Both the position numbers and the translations under genes were made by a program. From an uncultured Fibrobacterota bacterium (GTDB lineage Bacteria; Fibrobacterota; Chitinivibrionia; Chitinivibrionales; FEN-1185): a stretch of 64,000 nucleotides of DNA. The notes beneath the pieces are model-generated. The model worked only from the letters and a program-made list of their open reading frames with translations. It was not told the origin of the DNA and did no database searches. The stretch spans positions 147,868-211,867 of the forward strand of contig CAVSQB010000003.1 in the NCBI GenBank assembly GCA_963729895.1, read 5' to 3'. Of the stretch, positions 56,135-64,000 are shown piece after piece (position 1 is the stretch's first letter; each line of letters begins with the position of its first letter).

Positions 56135-57004
56135 ATGATCGGTTTTAAGAGCGCCCTGGCTGTTCTGTTGTCGCTAGGGATAACCGTGGCTTCGCAAAAT
56201 CATATTGACATACTAAAATCCGGAGTTGAAAAGTGGAATAAATGGAGAGAGGAAAACCCGGCAGTCACGCCTGACCTTGAGAAAGCCGACCTTCGGGCGG
56301 CCAACCTTGGAGGAGCAAACCTTTGGGAAGCCACGCTTACGGGGGCCAACCTTGGAGGAGCAAACCTTCAGGGCGCATTTCTTGGCAAAGCCAACCTTCA
56401 TGGAGCTTTCCTTCGAAGGGCCAACCTTCACAGGGCCGACCTTGCAAAGGCATTTCTTGGGGAAGCAAACCTTCATGGAGCCGACCTTCGGGGAGCCTAC
56501 CTTGACAGAGCCAACCTTGAGAAGGCCAACCTTGGTGAAGCAGACCTCGAAAGAGCCAATTTCGGGGGAGCCTATCTTGGAGGAGCCAATCTTCACGGGG
56601 CCGACCTCCGGGGCGCCTACCTCGAAGGGGCCGACCTCCGGGGCGCCGACCTGCGGGGAGCCTGTCTTGACAAAGCATATCTTCGGGAAGCCAACCTCGA
56701 GAAAGCCGACCTAAGGGGAAGCGACCTTCAGGAAGCAAACTTTGCAGAAGGCAACCTTGCGGGAGCCAACTTTGGGAGAGCCGACATTGGGGGTGCTTAC
56801 CTTGAGCAAACCGATCTCAGTAAAGTCAAATCATTTTACAAGTCAACCCTTGATCCTGAAATTTTGTCCAAAATAAAGGCCGCCTGGCCCGAAAAACTTG
56901 CAACTGCGTGGGATGAAACAAGAAAAGATTGGGTTGTCGACAAGGCCCTTCTCGAGCAGATCAAAAAACCTGACTGGCACGGGTGGACGGAGGAGGAAGA
57001 ATAG
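56135..57004 (+). CDS. Pentapeptide repeat protein with signal peptide
   Basis: GGAGG RBS, GVEKWNKWR and a long A(D/N)Lxx array. Confidence 0.9.
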   Translation: MIGFKSALAVLLSLGITVASQNHIDILKSGVEKWNKWREENPAVTPDLEKADLRAANLGGANLWEATLTGANLGGANLQGAFLGKANLHGAFLRRANLHRADLAKAFLGEANLHGADLRGAYLDRANLEKANLGEADLERANFGGAYLGGANLHGADLRGAYLEGADLRGADLRGACLDKAYLREANLEKADLRGSDLQEANFAEGNLAGANFGRADIGGAYLEQTDLSKVKSFYKSTLDPEILSKIKAAWPEKLATAWDETRKDWVVDKALLEQIKKPDWHGWTEEEE

Positions 57005-57059
57005 AGTACGATGCTCCTCCGCCTCAACTGCCGTTATTATTCCCGAACCGTTGCCGCGG

Positions 57060-57346
57060 CTACTTCTTTGGGTATCCCACAGTCTGCCCGAGAATAATCT
57101 CCTGATCCTGTCTCACCAGCAGCGCCTTGGCAAGCTCCTGTTTGTCTATAGAAGCACGGACAACGGTTGCCAGGTCTTCCGACGCGCAGTACAGATACAT
57201 GTTTTCACTGATGAAACCGGCATCTCCGCTTGCAAAGATTTTCGCGTTGTCGTGTGCGTTCTTTGTGGTTCGGAAATAATCCGCCACAGGGCTTATGTAA
57301 CGGGAGCATCCTTTACATAAGCTTGCGTGCCGGCACGTTCGCGCAT
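57060..57346 (-). pseudogene. C-terminal fragment of a nitroreductase (SagB/ThcOx-like) gene
   Basis: RERAGTQAYVKDAPV is followed by a stop/frameshift, then ADY..DAGFISENMYLYCASEDLATVVRA..QTVGYPK. N-terminus missing. Confidence 0.7.
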
Positions 57347-57367
57347 ATTTTTTGAAATTCCTTCCGC

Positions 57368-57751
57368 CTATGCGACCGGCCGGCTGCGCGCCATCATGTT
57401 CTTCACCATCTCGGGAACCTTGTCCAATTCCGATTTTGAAATAACCTCATGTGCGCCGGCTTTCCGGGCAGACTCTTCAAAATGATCCGTCCGGTGAACG
57501 CTGGCGACAAGAATCTGCAGGGCCGGGTACTGCAGTCTGATCCTTTCCACCAGTTCGATCCCGCTCATGCGAGGAAGCGAAACGTCCGTTATCACCAGGT
57601 CAGCGCACGCACGTTCGAGCCCTTCGAGTGCGGCTTCGGCGGTGTCGGCTTCGCCGCAGACGACAATGTCGTGCGTCGATTGTTCCAAATTGAGCTTGAG
57701 AAGAAGACGCATTTCCGGGCGGTCGTCGACAATAAAGACTCGTATGGGCAT
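57368..57751 (-). CDS. Stand-alone response regulator receiver protein
   Basis: IVDD, TDVSLPRMSGIEL and AGA..ISK. Confidence 0.88.
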   Translation of the reverse strand: MPIRVFIVDDRPEMRLLLKLNLEQSTHDIVVCGEADTAEAALEGLERACADLVITDVSLPRMSGIELVERIRLQYPALQILVASVHRTDHFEESARKAGAHEVISKSELDKVPEMVKNMMARSRPVA

Positions 57752-57830
57752 GTGTTCTTCTTTCGAGATGAGAGTGCGTGATCACTCACGAGCACTCAGG
57801 GCGCACACCACAGGCCTTCTTCATTCTAAA

Positions 57831-59124
57831 GGGGACCTCTAAAAATTGCCTAATTTGCCCAATTAATGCTTGACAAAGGCTATTTCGTCAATTATTTTAA
57901 TTCCAGACAACAAACCTGCGAACCCACTACCGTCTGGAGGATATTGCGATGGGACAGATAGGCCTTTTTGACCTTGAGAATCGCCTTTCCGAGCTTTCCG
58001 AAATGGGAGACCCTCTTGAAACCATCAATCGGGCCATACGTTGGAAGAGTTTTCGTCCTGTTATTGACAAGGCTTTTCGCAAGGAACGGAAGAGCAACGC
58101 CGGTCGTCCACCGTACGATTATATCCTGATGTTCAAGATTCTCGTGTTGCAGACGATGTATGGGCTTTCCGATGCGCAAACCCAGTTTCAGATTCTGGAC
58201 CGATTGACGTTCAAACGGTTTCTTGAACTCACTTCCGAGGATAGCATTCCCGACGAGAAAACGGTCTGGTTGTTTCGGGAAACGCTGACACAAGCAGGCG
58301 TTGTCAAGAAGCTGTTTGACCTGTTCGGTCGTCAGTTGAACGAAGCGGGTTACACTGCCCAGAAAGGCCAAATAATAGATGCGAGTTTTGTCGAGGTACC
58401 TCGCCAGAGAAACACGCGGGAGGAGAATAAAGAAATCAAGAACGGGGGCACGCCGCAGGAATGGGAAAAGCACCCTGAGAAACTTCGTCAGAAAGATGTT
58501 GATGCGCGATGGACGAAGAAGAACGATCAGACGTTTTTTGGCTACAAGAACCATGCGTCGGTAGACGCGAAGCATAAAATCATTCGAGACTATGCGGCGA
58601 CATCCGCAGAAGTGCACGACTCCAATATGCTTGAACCTCTCCTTAATCCTGAGAACACGAACGCGGACGTGTTTGCCGACAGCGCGTATCATTCGGAAAA
58701 GGCGGAACAAAGGCTTGATTATCTCTGGTACAGAAGCAAAATATGTGTCAAAGGGACTCGTGGCGCACCATTGACGGAAGCACAATTGGCACAGAACCGG
58801 AAGAAATCCAAAGTCAGATCGCGTATAGAACATGTGTTTGCTCAAATAGAAATCATGTTTCGTGGCAGGATCAGGTGTATCGGGCGGCTGAGGGCCGCGG
58901 CGAAGATAGGACTCCTGAACCTGGTTTACAACATAAAACGCTTTGCATATCTTGAGTGCCACGCCTGAAAAGCGGGACAGGACCGCACAAGGCCCCCAAA
59001 GGGACCGAAAAAAGAACAGTTTTGGGCACCTATCAGACAAATAGACGCCCTGACATCGCGAAATAATACTATCTGTCAACATGATCTTGGAATCTACTAT
59101 TTTACAGAATTTTTAGAGGTCCCC
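57831..59124 (+). mobile_element. IS5-family insertion sequence
   Basis: Perfect 17-bp TIR GGGGACCTCTAAAAATT; 4-bp TSD TAAA at 57827-57830 and 59125-59128. Confidence 0.95.
57949..58968 (+). CDS. IS5 transposase
   Basis: GRPPYD, IIDASFV, DVDARWTKK, FGYKNH, ADSAY and RSRIEHVF. Confidence 0.95.
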   Translation: MGQIGLFDLENRLSELSEMGDPLETINRAIRWKSFRPVIDKAFRKERKSNAGRPPYDYILMFKILVLQTMYGLSDAQTQFQILDRLTFKRFLELTSEDSIPDEKTVWLFRETLTQAGVVKKLFDLFGRQLNEAGYTAQKGQIIDASFVEVPRQRNTREENKEIKNGGTPQEWEKHPEKLRQKDVDARWTKKNDQTFFGYKNHASVDAKHKIIRDYAATSAEVHDSNMLEPLLNPENTNADVFADSAYHSEKAEQRLDYLWYRSKICVKGTRGAPLTEAQLAQNRKKSKVRSRIEHVFAQIEIMFRGRIRCIGRLRAAAKIGLLNLVYNIKRFAYLECHA

Positions 59125-59276
59125 TAAAATAACTGTCACACTCCCCGATTCAAAAAAAAACACATCTAATTCTCCTGAGAAGGTATTTTTCACCGTGATT
59201 CCGGCGTTGTTTCCCGGCGAGAGCACGGCCTGTGGTTCTTCATTCTCCCGGACAACCCGGCTTTTCAAAGGTCGCC

Positions 59277-61073
59277 ATGCTCCCCAAAACAAACCTTCGG
59301 AAACCGTTTGACGACGGCGTAAAAGAGGAAATACGCTCGGCCGTCAACATTGCGGACGTGGTGGGACGCCACGTGGCGCTCAAGCCCGCCGGGCAGAATT
59401 TAAAGGGCTTGTGCCCTTTCCACAAGGAAAAAACGCCGTCGTTCACCGTCTCGCCGGCCAAAGGAATCTTTTATTGCTTCGGCTGCCACAAGGGCGGCGA
59501 CGTGTTCAACTTCCTCATGGAACTTGAGGGGCTTACCTTTCCGGAAGCGCTCAGATTGCTTGCGGACGAAGCGGGAATACAGCTCAAGCCCGCGCACCGC
59601 GAAACCCCTTTGGCGCCTGCCGGAGAGGTGCAGACCGGGGATCCTGCATCGTCAAAGGATGAGCTGTTCGGGATCAACGGGCTTGCCCTGGATTTTTTCT
59701 ACCGCCAGACGCGCAATTTTCCCAAGGCCATCGAGTACTTTGTTTCGCGCGGGCTGTCCAAAGAGACCATCCGCGAATTCAGGCTCGGGTACGCGCCGCC
59801 GGACTGGTCCGCGTTTCTCGCGTTTGCAAAAAGCAAGGGCATCGCCGAGAAGGCGGTTGTCCAGGCCGGGCTCGCCATTGTCAAACAGGACACTGGCGGC
59901 GCCTACGACCGGTTCCGCGACCGCATCATCTTCCCCGTTTTCGACAGTGCAAAGCGCCCCGTTGGATTTGCCGGACGCGGGCTCACCGCAGACGCGACGC
60001 CCAAATACCTCAATTCTCCGGAAACGCCGCTGTATCAGAAAAACAAGATCCTGTACGGCTTCCATGTTACCCAGCGGTATGTGCGGGAAAGCAAGAGCGT
60101 GATCATCGTGGAAGGATACATGGACTTTCTCGCATTGTACCAGGCGGGCATCAAAAACGTGATCGCAACGTCGGGAACCGCGTTTACCGACACGCATGCC
60201 CGGACCCTCCGTCGCTTTACAGACAAGATATTCCTCGTGTTTGACGGCGATGCGGCGGGCATCGAAGCCGCGCGCCGCGCGGTCTTCGTGCTTGCGCCGT
60301 ACAATTTCAACGTCCGCGTGCTTACCATTCCAAACGATGAAGACCCGGACGATTTCGTCAAGGCAAAAGGGCCCCGGGCGTTTAACGACCTTCTGGAGCG
60401 TTCATCCGTCGATTACATGCGGTTTATCATTGAAAAAACGGCAGCAGACAATAAGGCCGACACGCCGTACGGCAAATCGGCCGCGCTGAGCGCGCTGGCT
60501 CCCTTGGCGCAGTTGCTCACCGACGCCGTCGTGCAACGTGAGTTTGTCAAGCAGATCGGCGAGTTCCTCTCGCTGGGGGAAGATGTGGTGTACCAGCGGG
60601 TCGGCCGGAGGCAAGGACCTCAGACGCTGCAGGGCGGGATCCAACCATCACCCGACGCGGACGCCGCCTATTTCGGAACCATAGAAGGTGACTTTATCCG
60701 ACTGTTGCTCAAAAACCCTGAGCTTATCCCAGAGGCTCGCCAATTCATTCTGCCTGAAACGTTTACCGACCAATTCTCCGGTGAATTATATTTAACGTTA
60801 CTCAAAAGTTTTGATGAAAACGAGAAGCTGGACACCCTTCTTTCTAGGGCAGGCGACGAAGCCAAACGCATGATAAGCTTCGCCTTTGCAAACGAAATGC
60901 AGGAGTCGGACACACGCGAAGAGCTCATTTACTCGATGAAACGCCTTCAGGACAAATTTCTTAGATTCCAGATAAATCGCACTCGGGAGTTGATGGCAAA
61001 GGAACCAAATAAGCGAAGTGTTCTCCTTGAAAAAATCAGAGAGTTGTCCTTTCAATTGAAAGCGCTTAACTGA
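59277..61073 (+). CDS. dnaG: DNA primase
   Basis: CPFH..CFGC zinc finger, [28 protein letters not shown] and DPD. Confidence 0.97.
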   Translation: MLPKTNLRKPFDDGVKEEIRSAVNIADVVGRHVALKPAGQNLKGLCPFHKEKTPSFTVSPAKGIFYCFGCHKGGDVFNFLMELEGLTFPEALRLLADEAGIQLKPAHRETPLAPAGEVQTGDPASSKDELFGINGLALDFFYRQTRNFPKAIEYFVSRGLSKETIREFRLGYAPPDWSAFLAFAKSKGIAEKAVVQAGLAIVKQDTGGAYDRFRDRIIFPVFDSAKRPVGFAGRGLTADATPKYLNSPETPLYQKNKILYGFHVTQRYVRESKSVIIVEGYMDFLALYQAGIKNVIATSGTAFTDTHARTLRRFTDKIFLVFDGDAAGIEAARRAVFVLAPYNFNVRVLTIPNDEDPDDFVKAKGPRAFNDLLERSSVDYMRFIIEKTAADNKADTPYGKSAALSALAPLAQLLTDAVVQREFVKQIGEFLSLGEDVVYQRVGRRQGPQTLQGGIQPSPDADAAYFGTIEGDFIRLLLKNPELIPEARQFILPETFTDQFSGELYLTLLKSFDENEKLDTLLSRAGDEAKRMISFAFANEMQESDTREELIYSMKRLQDKFLRFQINRTRELMAKEPNKRSVLLEKIRELSFQLKALN

Positions 61074-61078
61074 CAATA

Positions 61079-62617
61079 ATGGCCGCAAACGAACCTCAAT
61101 CAGCCCTGTCCCTCGAGAAGATTGCAACCAGGCTTCGCAAGCTCGCTTCGCTGCAGGGATTTGTCACCCCGGATCAGATCGAAGAACTCGCACCCACCCT
61201 CGAGGAGCGCGACAAAGTAGAAACCATCCTCGAACGGGAAAGCATCAGCATCAACGCATTGGTATCCGAGAAGAAGGAACCGGTGCTCGACCGCCGCCCG
61301 CGCCGGATGATTTCGGTACGGAGGATACCGCGCTACGCCGACCCGACCTGGGTCTATCTCAACAGCGTGGGCCGCGTGCCGCTCCTGTCGCGCGACCAGG
61401 AAGCCCAGTACGCCATGCAGATGGAATCGGCGCAGGAAAAGCTTTTCGACATGGCGTTTTGCTCGCCCATCGCCCTCGACAGCCTGTACCGCATCGCCGC
61501 CGAACTCAGACGCAACAAGCTCGAATGCGGCGATGTGCTGCAGATTGAAGAAGATCTCTTCGACAACAAGGCGGAATGCGAGAAACGGCGCAACGCGTTT
61601 CTGCGGACCGTTTCGCATGTCAAGCACAAGAACAACCTGCACGACCGTTTCCTCGAAAGATTCAAGGCCGTCCACGCCAGAAAGCGCAAGGATGAACTCC
61701 GCGAAAAGGTCGATGTGCTGCGCAAGGAAAGCATCGACCTGTGCCGGCAGCTCAACCTCAACACGAAGCAAGTGCAGCACATTCTTGACAAGTTCAAGGA
61801 GCATCTCAAGAACAGGGGCCAAGAATCCCTGCTCGCGGAATTCAAGAAATGGGAAGACGAGCGCAACCTGGCAAAATGCGCCATCATCGAGGCAAACGTG
61901 CGGCTCGTGGTGAGCATCGCCAAAAAATACACGCTGAGAGGCATGGAGATCATCGACCTTATCCAGGAAGGCAACCGCGGGCTCATCAAGGCGGTGGAGA
62001 ATTTCGACTATCGCAAGGGATATAAATTTTCGACCTACGCAACGTGGTGGATCAAGCAGGCGATTTCGCGCGCCATCAACGATAAATCAAAAACCATCCG
62101 CATCCCGGCCAACACGCTCGACCTTGTCAACAAGACAATTCGCTACTGCCGCAAGCGCGTCACCGAAGTCGGCACCGAGCCAACCCACGAAGAGATTGCC
62201 CGGGCGCTCGGCTATACCGTCAACAAGGTACAGATGGCGCTCGAATATTCGATGGACCCTATTTCGCTCGACATGGAAATCGGCAACGACGGCAGCACCA
62301 CGTTCGGCGAATACATCGAAGACACCAAGGCCGAGGACCCTGCGGAGCGGATGTCGGTTATCAAGCTGCGCGAGCACATCAAGACCGTGCTCGATTCCCT
62401 CGCCGACAAGGAACGGGAGATCGTTACCATGCGGTTCGGACTCGACGACGGCAGGATAAAGACCCTCAAGGAGATCGGCGAGGCGTTCAATATTTCCCGG
62501 GAGCGCGTTCGTCAGATCGAAACCAAGGCCCTTTCCAAGCTTAAACACCCCAGCCGCACCAAACAACTCGCCGCGTGGAAGGAAAACCGCGACGACATGT
62601 CCATTGACGATATGTAA
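61079..62617 (+). CDS. rpoD: RpoD-family primary sigma70 factor
   Basis: Follows dna[33 protein letters not shown] and [15 protein letters not shown]. Confidence 0.9.
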   Translation: MAANEPQSALSLEKIATRLRKLASLQGFVTPDQIEELAPTLEERDKVETILERESISINALVSEKKEPVLDRRPRRMISVRRIPRYADPTWVYLNSVGRVPLLSRDQEAQYAMQMESAQEKLFDMAFCSPIALDSLYRIAAELRRNKLECGDVLQIEEDLFDNKAECEKRRNAFLRTVSHVKHKNNLHDRFLERFKAVHARKRKDELREKVDVLRKESIDLCRQLNLNTKQVQHILDKFKEHLKNRGQESLLAEFKKWEDERNLAKCAIIEANVRLVVSIAKKYTLRGMEIIDLIQEGNRGLIKAVENFDYRKGYKFSTYATWWIKQAISRAINDKSKTIRIPANTLDLVNKTIRYCRKRVTEVGTEPTHEEIARALGYTVNKVQMALEYSMDPISLDMEIGNDGSTTFGEYIEDTKAEDPAERMSVIKLREHIKTVLDSLADKEREIVTMRFGLDDGRIKTLKEIGEAFNISRERVRQIETKALSKLKHPSRTKQLAAWKENRDDMSIDDM

Positions 62618-62651
62618 TTCCTTTTTGTCAGTGCTTCTCGCCCCCAAATGC

Positions 62652-63119
62652 TCACTCGTACCTTTTCCCCGCGATTTCCACCCATCCGCCCGGATGCCGC
62701 GCTTTCGGGTCATGGTGCGTGTAATGGATAACCCCTCCCTTGTCGTTCCATTCATATTCCCCGGAAAAACGAACCGTGTCGCCTTCCCGGATTGCCCTGA
62801 TCTTCGCCGCGATATCGATGTTATGCGCAATTAAAACCGTCTGTCCCGTTCCCAGCCTGACAATAAATCTCTGATGCCTGCCGCCGCCATTGTCATCCGG
62901 CAACATATCGGTAACCACACCTTGTCCTGCGACCCGGAGATTGCTCAGGTGGTTTGCAAACGCCTTGGCCAGGATGGCATCGGATCTTGCAACGCTTTGG
63001 TCGGTGAATGAGCTCTGGGGATTGTTTACCGTGGAAAGGCGGTGAACGTAAAAAGTCAGGAGGCCGGCGAACAGGACCGCGGAGACGATAAGCGGGTTTT
63101 TGAGCAGGCTCTTATTCAT
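62652..63119 (-). CDS. DUF3465-family protein
   Basis: PDDN.G.RHQRFI, LIAHNIDIA, GEYEWN..GGVIHYTHHDP..H.GG. Confidence 0.85.
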   Translation of the reverse strand: MNKSLLKNPLIVSAVLFAGLLTFYVHRLSTVNNPQSSFTDQSVARSDAILAKAFANHLSNLRVAGQGVVTDMLPDDNGGGRHQRFIVRLGTGQTVLIAHNIDIAAKIRAIREGDTVRFSGEYEWNDKGGVIHYTHHDPKARHPGGWVEIAGKRYE

Positions 63120-63267
63120 TTTTCTCCGCCGTTATTTTTCCGAACCGACCATTTCCCTTTCCCGGCATTCCCCATCTCACATTCGCGTAGACCGGGACAC
63201 AGGAGGATTTCCTATTTCTCTGCCGCGGAATCTAATGCGTTCTCGACCGCCTTCTCAAATGCCCTAG

Positions 63268-64000
63268 CAGGTTGTTGAAATAGTCCTAACAGAAGCGCTC
63301 TTGTTGATTTTTTATGAACCTAACTTCAACTTTACATATGTCAGAGAGGTTTTACCTGCCTCGTTCCGAGGCATTTCCCCGGATTCCCAGGCCATTCTCA
63401 TGCTGCCCCCACCGTTTGCGGCATCAACTTAACCATGCGTATCAAGTTGTACGCTGCGGCAACCACGTAGGCAACAGTCTGGTTGATTCGTATTCCTCTT
63501 ACCCGAGTTTTCCGCAGGCCACCGACGCTCTTGATCCACCCAAATATCTCTTCAACCCGTTTTCGTTTCCGTTGACTTACGCTGTATCCCTTATGCCGAG
63601 TCGTTCTTCCATCCAACCCTTTAAGCGAAGTGTTGGCCTTCTCGGCAATGTGAGGCTTCACGTGCAGGCGTCGCAGGCTCTTGATAAATTCGGTTGCATG
63701 ATACCCTTTGTCTGCACCCACCGTCTTCATCCGGCGTTTTCCGCGCCTGCGTTCATGCTTTATCAGCTCAAGCGCCATATCCCGTTCCGCTGTCCCCGTC
63801 GCTGGCGCAATGGCGATATCAACACACAACCCATTTCGGTTTTCCATCAGCACGTGACCGGAATACGCCAGCTGCGCTCCCGTTCTCTTGTTCTTCCGAG
63901 CCAACAGCGCCTCTGGATCGGTCGAACTCTGATGTGTCTCATTGCTTCGCTTCTCATGGTGGAAATCAACCGACGGATTACTCCGATCATCGTCAGTCTT
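63268..64000 (-). mobile_element. Partial IS5/IS1182-like insertion sequence (runs off the window)
   Basis: End-like sequence CAGGTTGTTGAAATAGTC next to CTAG, with a transposase ORF inside. Confidence 0.7.
63398..64000 (-). CDS. IS5-superfamily transposase, C-terminal part
   Basis: SSTDPEA, YSGHVLMENRNGL, GADKGY, RKRVEEIFGW and AAYNLIR. Confidence 0.88.
   Translation of the reverse strand, partial: KTDDDRSNPSVDFHHEKRSNETHQSSTDPEALLARKNKRTGAQLAYSGHVLMENRNGLCVDIAIAPATGTAERDMALELIKHERRRGKRRMKTVGADKGYHATEFIKSLRRLHVKPHIAEKANTSLKGLDGRTTRHKGYSVSQRKRKRVEEIFGWIKSVGGLRKTRVRGIRINQTVAYVVAAAYNLIRMVKLMPQTVGAA

Noticed and set aside
56213..56738. Repetitive alternative-frame ORFs
   Set aside because: By-products of the 15-bp periodicity of the pentapeptide repeat gene.
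57892..59082. 396-aa minus-strand ORF
   Set aside because: Antisense shadow of the IS5 transposase.

Overview
Bacterial genomic window, probably Fibrobacterota. That placement is an inference from the TIGR02147-type gene, the His6-type hisA and the secreted proteins with FlgD/T9SS-like C-terminal domains. Housekeeping genes (hisA, htpX, rpiB, xerC, rfbA/rfbC, tRNA-Arg, dnaG, rpoD) are mixed with accessory DNA. The standout is a ~14 kb type II FAS/PKS-like lipid cluster (9489-23699). It is built around a single ORF fusing a B12-binding radical SAM enzyme to an intact ketosynthase and a catalytically dead CLF-like KS. The cluster also has a second KS-CLF fusion, ACP, a GcvT-like protein, a GNAT-like protein, FabG, FabD, a FabZ-like dehydratase, an acyltransferase and an Fe-S flavoprotein-SCP2 fusion, with no recognisable enoyl reductase. 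Other notable items: tandem fluoride riboswitches with different expression platforms; a Ser/Thr kinase coupled to a membrane pseudokinase; a 2749-aa surface protein sharing an unnamed domain with two neighbours, next to a sigma54 promoter and activator; five IS elements; and a dispersed MITE/REP-like repeat family. All calls come from reading the sequence by eye. No database searches were run.
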